Source: Strigamia acuminata (lineage: Eukaryota). Taken from it: a stretch of 64,000 nt of DNA. Positions 22,701 through 35,300 of this stretch are shown one piece after another (within the stretch, counting starts at the first letter, position 1; every line of letters begins with the position of its first letter). Made by a program: the position numbers and the translations under genes. Location: contig OX442314.1 in NCBI GenBank assembly GCA_949358305.1, positions 8,928,001-8,992,000 of the forward strand. Reading direction: 5' to 3'. The notes under the pieces are model-generated. The model ran no database searches and was not told the origin of the DNA. It was given only the letters and a program-made list of their open reading frames with translations.

Positions 22701-25700
22701 ATCCGGTGAAGGAACTAATTCTCAACAGCAACGATGCTACTTGCGGTAACGGAATACGTTCATACCGAGAAAGACCACATGGTCCTGTCCGGAGGATACT
22801 GAATTGCACAACGGCGGGTTCTCCTTCGGCGTCGCAACCGTAAACTGTAACATTTATGCAACATAATGATCCCAGCACTTCGACTTCAATTGCCGGCGGT
22901 GGCATGATTCTGTAGAATCATGCAACGGTTCTTTGTGAATAAATCAACAAAGAACCAAAAGGTTTTTTTACGTGAACAACGAATCATATTTCTTAAGTAA
23001 CAATACCAAACAGAAAATAATCAAACAGAGCTGCGGAATGGCCGATTGTTTGGGTTTATATAACCTGACTGGATTTAAGGATTAATCCAGTCATCCAATT
23101 GGAACATGGGTTCCACGAATCCCTCCAATCCCGTATCACCGGAAGTGGATACGGAGGAGCATTTATGCAAATTATGCTAATCCTTGTTACAACCGGAACT
23201 GGATACCCAGGACCGGAAATGGGTTCCACCAATCAGATTGATCGGTTGACCGATTGATCGCTAAACATTCTGTCCCGCAGAAATGGAAGTTACATTGTAT
23301 TTAACAATGTCAGATACTTAATATATATTTATATTTAATATTTAACACAATTTATTCACTTGATTAAATATACGTTTATATTTAATCATGAGGTTTTCAA
23401 GTTCGTATTCGAATTTATCGCTAATTGCGATCGCGCCATCTAGTGGCAATATGGAGCATTGACAAATGCGGGTTTTAGCAGACGAATCTTCGTAATTATG
23501 CCGTGATACTTTAGTATCATGTGGAAATTAGTGTTTATTCTTAATAAACGAACATCTTTGTATTTGAAACATCATAAATGACTTTATTCTAGACATTTAT
23601 CAGTTTTACACAGAATATTGTAAAAATACCATCATATTGGCGCAACAGCGCTTTCTTGATAGAAAATAGGCATTTATAGCCATTGTAAACCGTCATACAT
23701 CCCCCTTAATAACACAACTATATAATATTTTATAGAGTTTTCGTTATTCTCCTAATTAGCATAAATGCTATTTTCGGACTTGATGTATCTTGGAGATACC
23801 GTGACTTCCAATTTCGAATTTGAGTTTACATAAACTAACTTGAATTATCTAAGTTCTGATTTTCTGCCGAAATAATCTTTTCTAATAGCCTAAATTCAAG
23901 TCCAGAATTTATTTCCAAGTCTTCTTTTTGAAGAAACTTTCGTCATACATAAAATCATCATTTGTGTTATCACAAAATATTTATTTCATATGCCTAGTCA
24001 GATGTATCGCTATAAATATACAATAAATAGCTTTTAGATGATAAGAGTTGACAATTTAAGAATCAAAATGTCCCCCTTAATTGTCATGACCGGAGTCACT
24101 TGGTATTCTTTGTACAATTGACTAATTTTAATTTAAACTAGTTGTCTTTTAATACTGTAATATTACTTTTCGAGAATTGTTAATTCTAACTTTTATATTT
24201 TGTCCCCCTTTTCTTTAGAAGAGAGGTCATGATTTTTAGAAGAGGATTTTCTGTTTACACTATAATCGGGGAATCTTGGTGTATCATATCATGTTAATCA
24301 ACATGATTCTTTGCTAAATATTGAGCTCGCATATTTGCAAATTTCCGAGATCTCTCAGCCTGCTGTACTGATTTCTTTCAACGTTTTTTCTTTGGGCAGT
24401 TACACACAGTGTACTCACTTGGCAGTGTAAATGACCGTGACGACCCAACTTTTTGTTTTAGGTCATCTCTGGAAAACCATACATGAATGGGACCCTCATT
24501 GGAAAACCATACGTGGAAAGGACCCATATTTGGAATTGTGAAATCCCGCAACAAACGAGGGGATCTATATTTGACTCTAAGTCGTGGAACTGATGATTGG
24601 AAACCTGGGTTTTCAGTCAGTTTTTGAACATGTTGGTTTGTATTTGAAGTTTCTTCATCACCAGCTGGACTTGGTGACCGAAAACGCTTTTTTGAAGTTC
24701 TTAATTCCTCTCGTTGAGATGAATTATTCTGGATATTGCAGGGTTGCTTTCCAGACGCAAATTGTTGTATCTCCGTCAGATTGACGACTGGGACGGGTTT
24801 TAGTCGTTGGTTACGGTATTGATTTCGAAATACGAATTGTTGCGCTTCGTTTATATTTTTTAAATTCAGCTGAATTTAACTGGTATTGTTTACAATACTG
24901 TTCGAATTGATACCGGATCTCCCGTGGGTTAGTCAAAAAACTTTCTTTTTTAGGTTTAAAATCATTCTCATTATCGTGTTGGTAATACTTTTTCAAGGGA
25001 AAAGTTTGCTTGACTTTTTTTCGATTTGAAATGGGCGTTAGGTAGAATTGTCTTGGCTGGGGACTCTTCTTGGTAGACAAATCATACGTCCGCAAACATG
25101 AGTTTGTGATCGGCGATCGGGCACGTTGTTGTACGTTATTTGACTGCAAATGTTTGTTTGGAGTCCGAATATCTTTCCTTTGCGTTGATATTGGTGGCCC
25201 AAAACTTTTGTTTACGGTTCCCAATTCTTTTGATAGCGGTAGGTTAATCGACAGATTAAGGCTAGCCACATATCGTTGTGCTTCAGCTGGATTAGCATAT
25301 CGAACTGAAATTAGCTGATCTCGATTGTAAACGAGTTTTAATTTGTTCTGAACAACCGACTGGTTAGTTAACGAACTCTCTGGATGAGAATTATTAGGTT
25401 TATAATTCTCTTCCCCCTTATCTACCGAATTAGGTGGTTTAAACTTTTCTAACTTAGATCCCCTACTGGATGTTTGAAACATAGTATGAGAATCTTGATT
25501 CACTAAGTTTCGGCTGTATGTTTGTGGATTCCGTACTGGATCTTGATGTGAAGATTGAGATTGGGTACGATCTCGCCAGTTCCTAGCTTTTACATAGTCT
25601 GAAGCTTCGATTATATTTTTAAACTTGGTTTTATCCAGTCCATGACGATTACAATACAGAGTAAAATGATCGGGAATCTTTTCTGTTTGATCGCCAAGTG

Positions 25701-28700
25701 GTACAGAACTTAAATTTAAGTTTGTCTGCTTATTATTTCCTTTTGGATCGATCATATTCAATGGTTTTTGAGCCATAAAAAAATTCAAAATCTGACGATT
25801 TTAATTCTTTAATTTATAAAGAAGACGAATATAATACACTTTTCAACAAGAAACACTTCTAAACTTTACTTTTGACAAAATAAAATTAAACTTCGCGTTT
25901 GTTTGACACGTGTTAGCTTTTGCAGGTTACACGGCACACAAAATTCGAATCGTGACTGAAATCGGGACGGCGTGGTCAAGATGACTCTGGAACACGTCTT
26001 CTGGTCTGGTCTGGATGCGAATGATCAGTATCTGATCTGGTCCTCCTTTAATAGCAGGGGGCTGGGGATCCCTAGATCTCCCAACTTCTGATTGGCGGAT
26101 GTTAGTGTCGGCCAATGGTATAAAGGACGTTACATCTATTTAGTAGTTCTCTACTAAGTCCGTTCCCTTCGAGATTCAATTTTACCGATAAAATAAAATT
26201 CCTTCGGGAAGACATTCGTAAAATATTGTATTTTTCAAATGAAAATAAAATAAACTTACTTCAATCTTTTTGAACTTTGGGATTTTTACCAATCCAAATA
26301 ATTAAATAACTTTTCTTCAAAAAATATTTTTCTTTTAATTATTCCGTTAGTGTGTGATATCGTTACAACCACAACTTTAATAAAGTTTTCTCAAACTCTC
26401 AATTTTTCTTATTCTTATTCAATTATCGTTCAAATAATCATTCCTTTGTAATTGAAATCTATTTTCGATTCCCAACATTGTGTATTCATTTCCAATAGGA
26501 AGAATAATTTGACCAAGTCTTTACTTTTTCGGGTTTAAATTCCATTTTTCGAGTGTGAAAAAATAAATTTTCACCATCCATCTCCCCCTTTTTTAACAAA
26601 TTTTTTTTTAACAAATAAAAATTCGTTAAAATTCTTTAAATTTGTTTTGCGAGAAAAATTATCTAATTCTCTAATCTTCCAAAAGAAAATATTCGAAATT
26701 TTACTTTAAACGATAAAGTTATTGGTACAAATGTGTACTTGTTTTTCGGGAGAAAACTATTCGACAATCCTTTAGACTTTTGGGTAAAAATTATTCATCA
26801 AATCTTTCTTTTTTGATGACAATTGCTTTGATTTTTCGAAAGAAAATATCTAGCTAAATTCCACTTTTCCTGAGCGGACAATTGTTTTCACAATTAGTTA
26901 TTCCTTTGCGATATTTACGAAGGACGTGTCTTTGATTATTCGTTTTAATAATTTTCGTCCCCCTTATCTCTAATAACGAGATGTTTTTGCAGAGATCTTT
27001 TATCTTTTGAATGAAAGAATATTTAAATCTCAATTGTCGTAAATACCTTCATCTGCTGCAGCATTTCCTCAATTTGAACTTTTCAAATGAAAAGACAAAT
27101 CTGGAGAACTTTCACTGTCAAACTTCTATTCCTATCGCGCCAAAATTCGTAATTCACTGGTTTGGAATTCCGTATAACACGTGACACAATAACAGTATCG
27201 ATGTCACAATTAAGCAGTTTACTACTCGGTCCGCGCGAGGACATGTAAATTACTTTTTTCCGATAAAAATAATTTTTCTTTGAAAAATATTTGAAATTGA
27301 TTTTTCACAACTACTTTTGAATGAAATAAAATGAAGTTATTCCAACTTTTCGTTAATTGCTCACACATAACATTCCCTTTACTGTGGGATTTGCATCGAA
27401 ATTCCATTTTTAAAGAACCTTTCTTTTACTTATCGCAAATAAAACATATTCAATCGTTTTTCTGATTAAACTTTAACACGTAAATTACGAACGAAATATA
27501 TGATGACATTCCATTAACCTTTAGGAAAATTGACTAAATTCTTAATTTTTAGAGAAAAATAATGTATCTAGAATCTTTCCTTTTCCGAATAAAATCTATG
27601 TTCAAAATAGAAGATAAATCTTGTGCAATTCTTAGTTTTTTCGAATGGAAAAATACAACTTTTCATCAGCGGTGATTTATTTGATTTTTCCGAAAGAAAA
27701 ATAATTACTTTGAAACTTATTTTCTTCGTTTAAATCAGCTATCTGATTTTAAAGCTTCAATCCAATCAAAAAATATTCGCTCCGTAAATATTTCATGTGG
27801 CAAAGTTCATAGCCACAAATGGATTTGTTATTCCGGTTTTAAGAAATCATGTGGGAAAATGTCCGATTAGATTACTAAAAATATTCGTTGTTTTTCAAAC
27901 AGCTAAATTTCATTTTAGAAATTCTCAAAATTTGGGAGACCCAAATATCGTTGGAAACTTAAAACACTGTTAAATTTCTGAAAGGAAAGATTGAATGAAA
28001 TCCTTTTACTTTTCCGAGGGAAAGCGTTTATCGTGATTCGTAACTTTCAATGTAAAAAATACTATTCTACGTGGTCGGCAACTTCATTCGCCGCCATTTT
28101 ATATTTTCTTAATTTCCATTGTCCCGAAGGAAAAAATGTACTTTTTGTGAAAATAGTTAATTCCTTCAAATAAAGGTAATATTCATTTCGATTTGCAAAT
28201 CTTTTCTGCGAAATGGAGTGTGTTGTTTTTCTCCAACAACTAAATTATCTTTGGTACCGATGGCAGTGGAAAAATTAGTTCGCGACACTTAAATAAATCT
28301 CTACGAACCTTCTGTAACATTTCTCCGCTGTCTTTTATCTGTTGTCCGCCATAATTTCCAAGCATTCGTTCGCACCTTGCGTTGAAGGTTTGAGTAGCTT
28401 CCCTGCTGCGTTTGATACGGAGATCGACGCGTATTGCTATGGCGCGTGGTCGCTGGCTATCGGTGTCGACGTACAGTTACAAGAAACTTAATTTCTTGTA
28501 AATATTTCCAAATAGTTGCGGTGTTTTCTTCGTTTTAACTTTTCAGGTGGAAAGATAAATTCGTAAGAAGTCCGCCTTCTAAACTTGTATGTTTTTAGCT
28601 TTTCGAAATAAAACAAACTTCGAAAAAAAATATCTGTATTCTTATTTCACTCGAAACTTTTTTGATTTCTTATTTAAAATACTTCGTATTCCTTAAATTG

Positions 28701-31700
28701 TCGAACGAAAATAGTAAAGAGAGTTCACTAAACGTTTCCATTTCGTCAGTTTAACTTTTCACATGAAAATATAAACTGAAAATCTATTTGTCTGTTTTAA
28801 CTAAAATTTTTTAGTTAATATCGGATTCAAGATTCGCTTTTGCAATTCGATCGAATTAATTTGCAACCTATTTCAGTGATCGTGTGATAGGTCTATAACT
28901 TCCGAAATTCCTAGTTAAAGGACAGTTTTGGTGTTTCTCAAGAAAATAAACATGGTTTGAAACTGGTCTGTTTTTTAACTAAATCTTTTAGTTAAATATT
29001 TATCTCAAAATTCACTTTTACAATTCTATCGAATTTAATTGCAACCTAATCTCGGTGGGACCTCCACGTGTGAGATTAGGTGGTAGTCTTTGAAATCCCT
29101 AAAATCTTCAAACGAAAATAATGAAGGAAAATCTACTACGTATTTCTATTTCATCAGTTTAACTTCTTCACATGGAAATATAAACTGAAAATTTAATCTG
29201 TCTATTTTTAACTTAAATCTTTTAGTTAAATATTTATCTCCAATATTCACTGTTGCAATTCAATCGAATTTAATTGCAACCTAATCTCGGTGGGACCTCC
29301 ACGTGTGACGGTGACGACCACAACTCCCATTTAACAATGGTACCGGGAAGAGATCGCAATAAATAAACAGTGAATACAATACGAGATAAATACAAGACAG
29401 TTTATTGTTGGTAAACAATAATATCAAGGCTAAATTATACATAGGACTAATGCCGACATTTGGCAAGTTAACTGACTACTAAACTATACAAAGCATAGGC
29501 CAATTGGTCCTAAAATAATATCATTACGTGTCTGGGATAAGGGAGCGGTTTCCCCATCGCTCGACCTGGTTTACAGATGTCATCTAAGCCGGATGGCTGT
29601 GTCCTGGAGTCCGATATGGCTTCGCTGGTTTCCTTGGTTCGCTGTGTAAATTATCGCACGTCGATAAATCGAATGATCTGAGCATTGCGGTTGACTTTGT
29701 CTGCACCGCCACAACTTTGGGAGGATATTGGTGTAAGTAAATGTATTCATTTTACTTATCAATATTCCGCTTATGAATTATATTTAATTCATATCGTTGT
29801 GAATTCTTATTTAGATATTTTTGTGGATAAGTTGTCATCAACTTATCAGTTACATTTGCGTCTTTGATGTAATCGTGATCGTAATTAAGTCTTCTGACTT
29901 GGTTAATCAACTTGTCGCCAAGTTAATATTTAGCTGTTATAAATAAAATGAAGATTAGGCTTCCCGTCGCAACACACAATTGCCGTCGAAAGAAAATATA
30001 CGCCTTGCAATGCAGAACGGTATCAAGCGTCCCCTGCGTCGCGACACGGTCGTTCGTCTGGCGATTGACGGTATCACGTACACAGGAGTCGATAGCTCGC
30101 GGCTCCGCACAGCAGTATAATCTCTCGCGGTACTAATAATAGACCGACTACTTTGGCATCGAATACCATGAGAATCAGCTTGCCAAACACTTGGTGCTAC
30201 TCGTGGTTACTGTAAAACAGACTGCTTTGGCACCATCCGGTGAAGGAACTAATTCTCAACAGCAACGATGCTACTTGCGGTAACGGAATACGTTCATACC
30301 GAGAAAGACCACATGGTCCTGTCCGGAGGATACTGAATTGCACAACGGCGGGTTCTCCTTCGGCGTCGCAACCGTAAACTGTAACATTTATGCAACATAA
30401 TGATCCCAGCACTTCGACTTCAATTGCCGGCGGTGGCATGATTCTGTAGAATCATGCAACGGTTCTTTGTGAATAAATCAACAAAGAACCAAAAGGTTTT
30501 TTTACGTGAACAACGAATCATATTTCTTAAGTAACAATACCAAACAGAAAATAATCAAACAGAGCTGCGGAATGGCCGATTGTTTGGGTTTATATAACCT
30601 GACTGGATTTAAGGATTAATCCAGTCATCCAATTGGAACATGGGTTCCACGAATCCCTCCAATCCCGTATCACCGGAAGTGGATACGGAGGAGCATTTAT
30701 GCAAATTATGCTAATCCTTGTTACAACCGGAACTGGATACCCAGGACCGGAAATGGGTTCCACCAATCAGATTGATCGGTTGACCGATTGATCGCTAAAC
30801 ATTCTGTCCCGCAGAAATGGAAGTTACATTGTATTTAACAATGTCAGATACTTAATATATATTTATATTTAATATTTAACACAATTTATTCACTTGATTA
30901 AATATACGTTTATATTTAATCATGAGGTTTTCAAGTTCGTATTCGAATTTATCGCTAATTGCGATCGCGCCATCTAGTGGCAATATGGAGCATTGACAAA
31001 TGCGGGTTTTAGCAGACGAATCTTCGTAATTATGCCGTGATACTTTAGTATCATGTGGAAATTAGTGTTTATTCTTAATAAACGAACATCTTTGTATTTG
31101 AAACATCATAAATGACTTTATTCTAGACATTTATCAGTTTTACACAGAATATTGTAAAAATACCATCATATTGGCGCAACAGCGCTTTCTTGATAGAAAA
31201 TAGGCATTTATAGCCATTGTAAACCGTCATAAGTGGTCCGAAGGTATCGCGCTTCATTGCCCACTCGAGGGCGTCGCGATGACCGAATCCATCGATTAAA
31301 TAGGCGATCCGAAACTTCGTTCCCCATCGCTTGTTTAAGGCCTTGGAGAATTTGTGTCGGGCCGCCCAAAACGTCAGTCGTCCTTTCGACTTTATGATTT
31401 CTGGCGGCAATGCGTGTCGCCAGACACCAGGAGCGGTTGGAACATCGGGATGCAGTTCGAGATGTGTTTCCCGAAGCTGGATGATCTGTAAAATATTCGA
31501 AGAAATAATTAAAATCCATTTTTTCGTGTAAAATAATTATTTCCGAATTTTCAGTGAATAAAATCACGGGTGAGATTTCATTCGACAGTTTAGATTCATT
31601 AAATTTTTCAAAATATTTGAAAAATCGTGAAAAACGTTGTTTCCGACGGCTATGTTTCAATGTTGGAGCGTTACCGTAGCAACGCCTCAAAAACGAGACA

Positions 31701-32100
31701 CAGCGCCATCTGATGATAATAATGGCGGCGCCTTCTTGCGAAGGCGTTACCAACGAACTTTTCGCTTTTTCTGAGTGAAAATGCACTTTTAATTACTTTT
31801 CATGACTGAAAGGTAATTTTATTTTAAATTATTTACCCGGTCGTGTCTCTGTGCACGAGTTTCGCCGTTTGGATCGGCGAATAGGCCTCCTCGAAGTTGT
31901 GGTCGGGGCGGCGTGACTGGCAAACGAGCAGCAGCGTCGGCCAGAGCGGCTTGAGCTTCGGCGGACGCTTCGGCGGACTCTTCGGTGACATCCACGGATG
32001 TATTCGAAGTGTTTGCGGAACCAAGCAGCGTCGAATTTGTTTCTAATTCGAGGCTGTTGGCGCCGGCTTCGCTTTCTTCTTTCGGTTCCTCTCCTTCCAT
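19800..32100 (-). CDS. Element B spliced accessory ORF3 (~827 aa; 32100-31837, 31485-31232, 21765-19800), disrupted by LARD C
   Basis: Phase-0 GT-AG intron 31836-31486. Removing LARD C plus one TSD joins ..RDTFGP-L-RNVLLDF.. in frame. Arg/Ser- and Pro-rich; no TM or signal peptide. Confidence 0.75.
21770..31231 (-). mobile_element. LARD-like non-autonomous LTR element C (no gag/pol)
   Basis: 1928-bp LTRs 21770-23697 and 29304-31231 with no difference spotted; TSD AGTG; PBS TGGAGGTCCCACCGAGAT (tRNA-Gln); PPT TAAGGGGGATG; termini TA..CA in element sense. Confidence 0.92.
24600..25776 (-). CDS. LARD C internal ORF of unknown function (frameshifted near 24855)
   Basis: ~321-aa ORF from MAQKP..; repeated motif F..YC....L....FKNI.EA..YV; upstream CCAAT/TATA/Inr-like elements. 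Confidence 0.5.
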
Positions 32101-32308
32101 TTGAACGACTAATCCAAATGGAAAGAAAAACGAAAATTAATTTATTAGTTTTTCTTTGGAAAATTCCAAAGAAAAAACTACTTACAATTGAAGATTCGGG
32201 AGAATTTATCCAGTTGTTTCGCTTTTGGTTTTTCGGAGATGAGCACTTAGCACACGTGTGAGATCGAAGTGAACTCAGACGCGAAGTGATCAGTTCAAAT
32301 ACCGGAAG

Positions 32309-35300
32309 TTACGTTTGGGTAACGTCGCTGTTAGTGACGTCATCCAATCTTATTGTTTGATTGGTTTGAGTATGGCTTGAGGAATTGCTCCTTACGTCAT
32401 ACGGCTGATCCCTGGATCTCGAGGTTAGCGAGGGGAGAAGACACATGTTGTTTTTTCCTCTCGGTTTACGAGTCCGAAGATTATATCTCTTTGTCGGCGA
32501 GGGATTTATTGTATTTAAATCGCCGTCTTCATTGTCATCGGAGACTGAGTCAGATGAGTCTTTTATTTCAGATGTTTTTTGTTTCTTTTCTAAAAACACC
32601 TTTTTATTTAATTTTTTAGCAATTTCAAGCTTTTTGAAACTGTCACGAAGTTCAACGTCGTTATTCACGAGGTCTGACTCCATTTGTGGTTTGGATGAAT
32701 TATCGACAGGTATTTTCTTTAATTCATCGTCATCTAACGTATTAATTATATTTTCAGTCTTTTGACCGACTTCTTCGCCTTCTAACCATACTTCCTGATC
32801 GAAACTCGGGAAATACGGAGTTAATTCAGACGAATGGACAGCTGGAAATATTTCGTTATTTTCTAGCTTTCTCAATTCTACGGATCCTCCCTGTAATACT
32901 TTGGTTATTACATATGGTCCTGTTCTTTTATCAGCGATGCCAGCTGCAATGCCGCGGGCAGCGCTCGACAAAACATGAGAATCTCTCCAAACTAAATCGT
33001 TTAATTTAAAATTGGAGAACTTCTCACCTTCTTTTTTAAGATTTACTCGTCTACGCAAATCTAACACGTGTGACATCATGTGCTGATATGTTTCGGCGAT
33101 AACGGCTTCTAATTTTTGCACGTATAAATGTGGGTTTTTTGGATCTACGACCAAAATTCCTTCAGGTATTCTTGGATCCCAAGGTACTCTGAGTTCGCGA
33201 AAAAAGTTAAGAAATGCGGGAGAGAAGTCTCTTCCTCTCGTCACCGTAGTTCTCAAACTAAATGCAAATTCACGCAAATATTCGTCCCATTTGGAATGAA
33301 CAGATGAATAAATTGCAACCAAATATTTGATGTCACGGTTAACCCTTTCAACCGGGTTAGCTTGTGGGTGATACGTTGAAGTTGGTGTTGGAACCATCTT
33401 GAACTTTTCACAAAATTTTTTAAAGACTTGGGCACGAAATTGCGGGCCGTTGTCAGAAATAATTTTACGAGGGAATCCCATGCTCATGGAAAGGTGATAA
33501 ATGCAATTTGCCACTTTTCCAGCAGTGGGGTTACACATTGGATATAATTCTGGCCAATGAGTTGCCACGTCAAGTATGACTAAAATATGTGTGTTGTTTT
33601 TGCGCGTCCGAGGTTTCGGGCCGGTCAAATCAACACTTAGGCAGTCAAATGGGCTGTAAGGACCCATTTGCGCTGCTTCAATTTGTCCTTTCGTTCGAGG
33701 CTTGCAAGCTTGACAACGCTCGCAATGTCGAATGAATCTCGTAATGTCCGATTTCATGCCTTTCCAGGTATAAATTCGGCGTGCTCGATAAAGAGTCCTT
33801 GCAATTCCTGGGTGGCCAGAAAGTGGGTGGCCATGCATCAGCCAAATAATTTTATACTTCAATGTCTGAGGTACAAAAACTTTGAGTGCTCTCCCATCCT
33901 CCCCCAATTCATCAGACATTGTGGGATGAAATTGCATTAATAAGTCGTCTTCAATTAAGAAGGTGGTTGCGTGTTTTCTATATTGTTTCCTCTGGAGTCG
34001 CGTTGTGACGTCAGGCGGAAATTGATTACAATTTAAAAAATTACGCATCAATTGGCACACTTTATCTTCTTTCTGTGCCTTAATTATGTCTTCCCTTGTG
34101 GGAGGTTCACAATCAAGACGTTCTACAATTTTGGCGACAAATGCTTTTATTAAAACATTTGACGAAGGAACTTGGAATTTCCTTGAAATTTGCGCTCTTA
34201 TGACGTCATCTGATTCCTCAGAGGGGTCATAGATTTTAGTCCAATAGTTGACGAATTCATGATCTTCCTTTTCCTCCAGCGTGGAGACAGGAAGCTCATG
34301 AAACTTTCCCATTTTCCAATTTCGTTGAGGTGATGGACAGTAAGATAATAATTCGTCATTATCTCCATCATCTTCAGGATTTTCCGGTTTGTCAATCGGT
34401 GATCTGGATAAAGCATCCGCTAAAACATTTAGTGGACCTTTAATGTATTGTATTTCGAAAGAATAGCGCATCAGCTCCATTTGCCAACGCGCTAACCTTC
34501 CGGCAGGTTCGTCTAACTGCATCAACCATTTTAGTGCTTGATGGTCAGTCCTAACTATGAATGTGGTAAATTCCAAATAATGTCGAAATTTACGTAATGC
34601 CCAGATTACCGCTAGGCACTCCAATTCTGTGGCGCTGTAATTTATCTCAGCAGGTTGCAAACTTCTGCTGGCATAAACACAAGGCACTTCGATATTTTGA
34701 TCATCGATTTCCCTCATTTGCATAAGCGCGGCGCCTAGTCCTTTTCTGCTGGCGTCGGTATGCACAATAAATGGTTCTGTCAAATCAGGCATGGCCATTG
34801 TTTCTGCATTTGTTAAAGCATCTTTTATTTGATCAAAAGCTTCTTGATGAATTTCTGACCAAATAAATTCCACATCCTTTTTGAGTAAAGGACGTAGAGG
34901 TTCCGTCATGACTGCTAGATTCTTGAGTAATCGGTGAAAAAAGTTCACCATTCCCAAAAATCTCTGCAACTCTTTCAAATTTGAAGGAGCTGGCATTTCT
35001 TTAATGGCGGCGACTTTTTTAGGGTCGACACTAACTCCGTGAACACTTAACTTGTAGCCAAGAAAAGTTAATTCTTTTCTGCCAAATTTTGATTTTTCTG
35101 GATGAACATGAAGATTTGCATTTTCAAGTTTACTCAGAATTTCTTCTAGATGAATCATGTGTTCTTCAAAATTTTTAGATATAATAATTATATCATCGAG
35201 GTATGCCCATGCGAATTTTCGATAGGCGTCCCCCAAAATCTTCTCTATCAACTTTTGAAAAGTTGACGGCGCATTTACGAGGCCAAAGGGCATGACTCGA

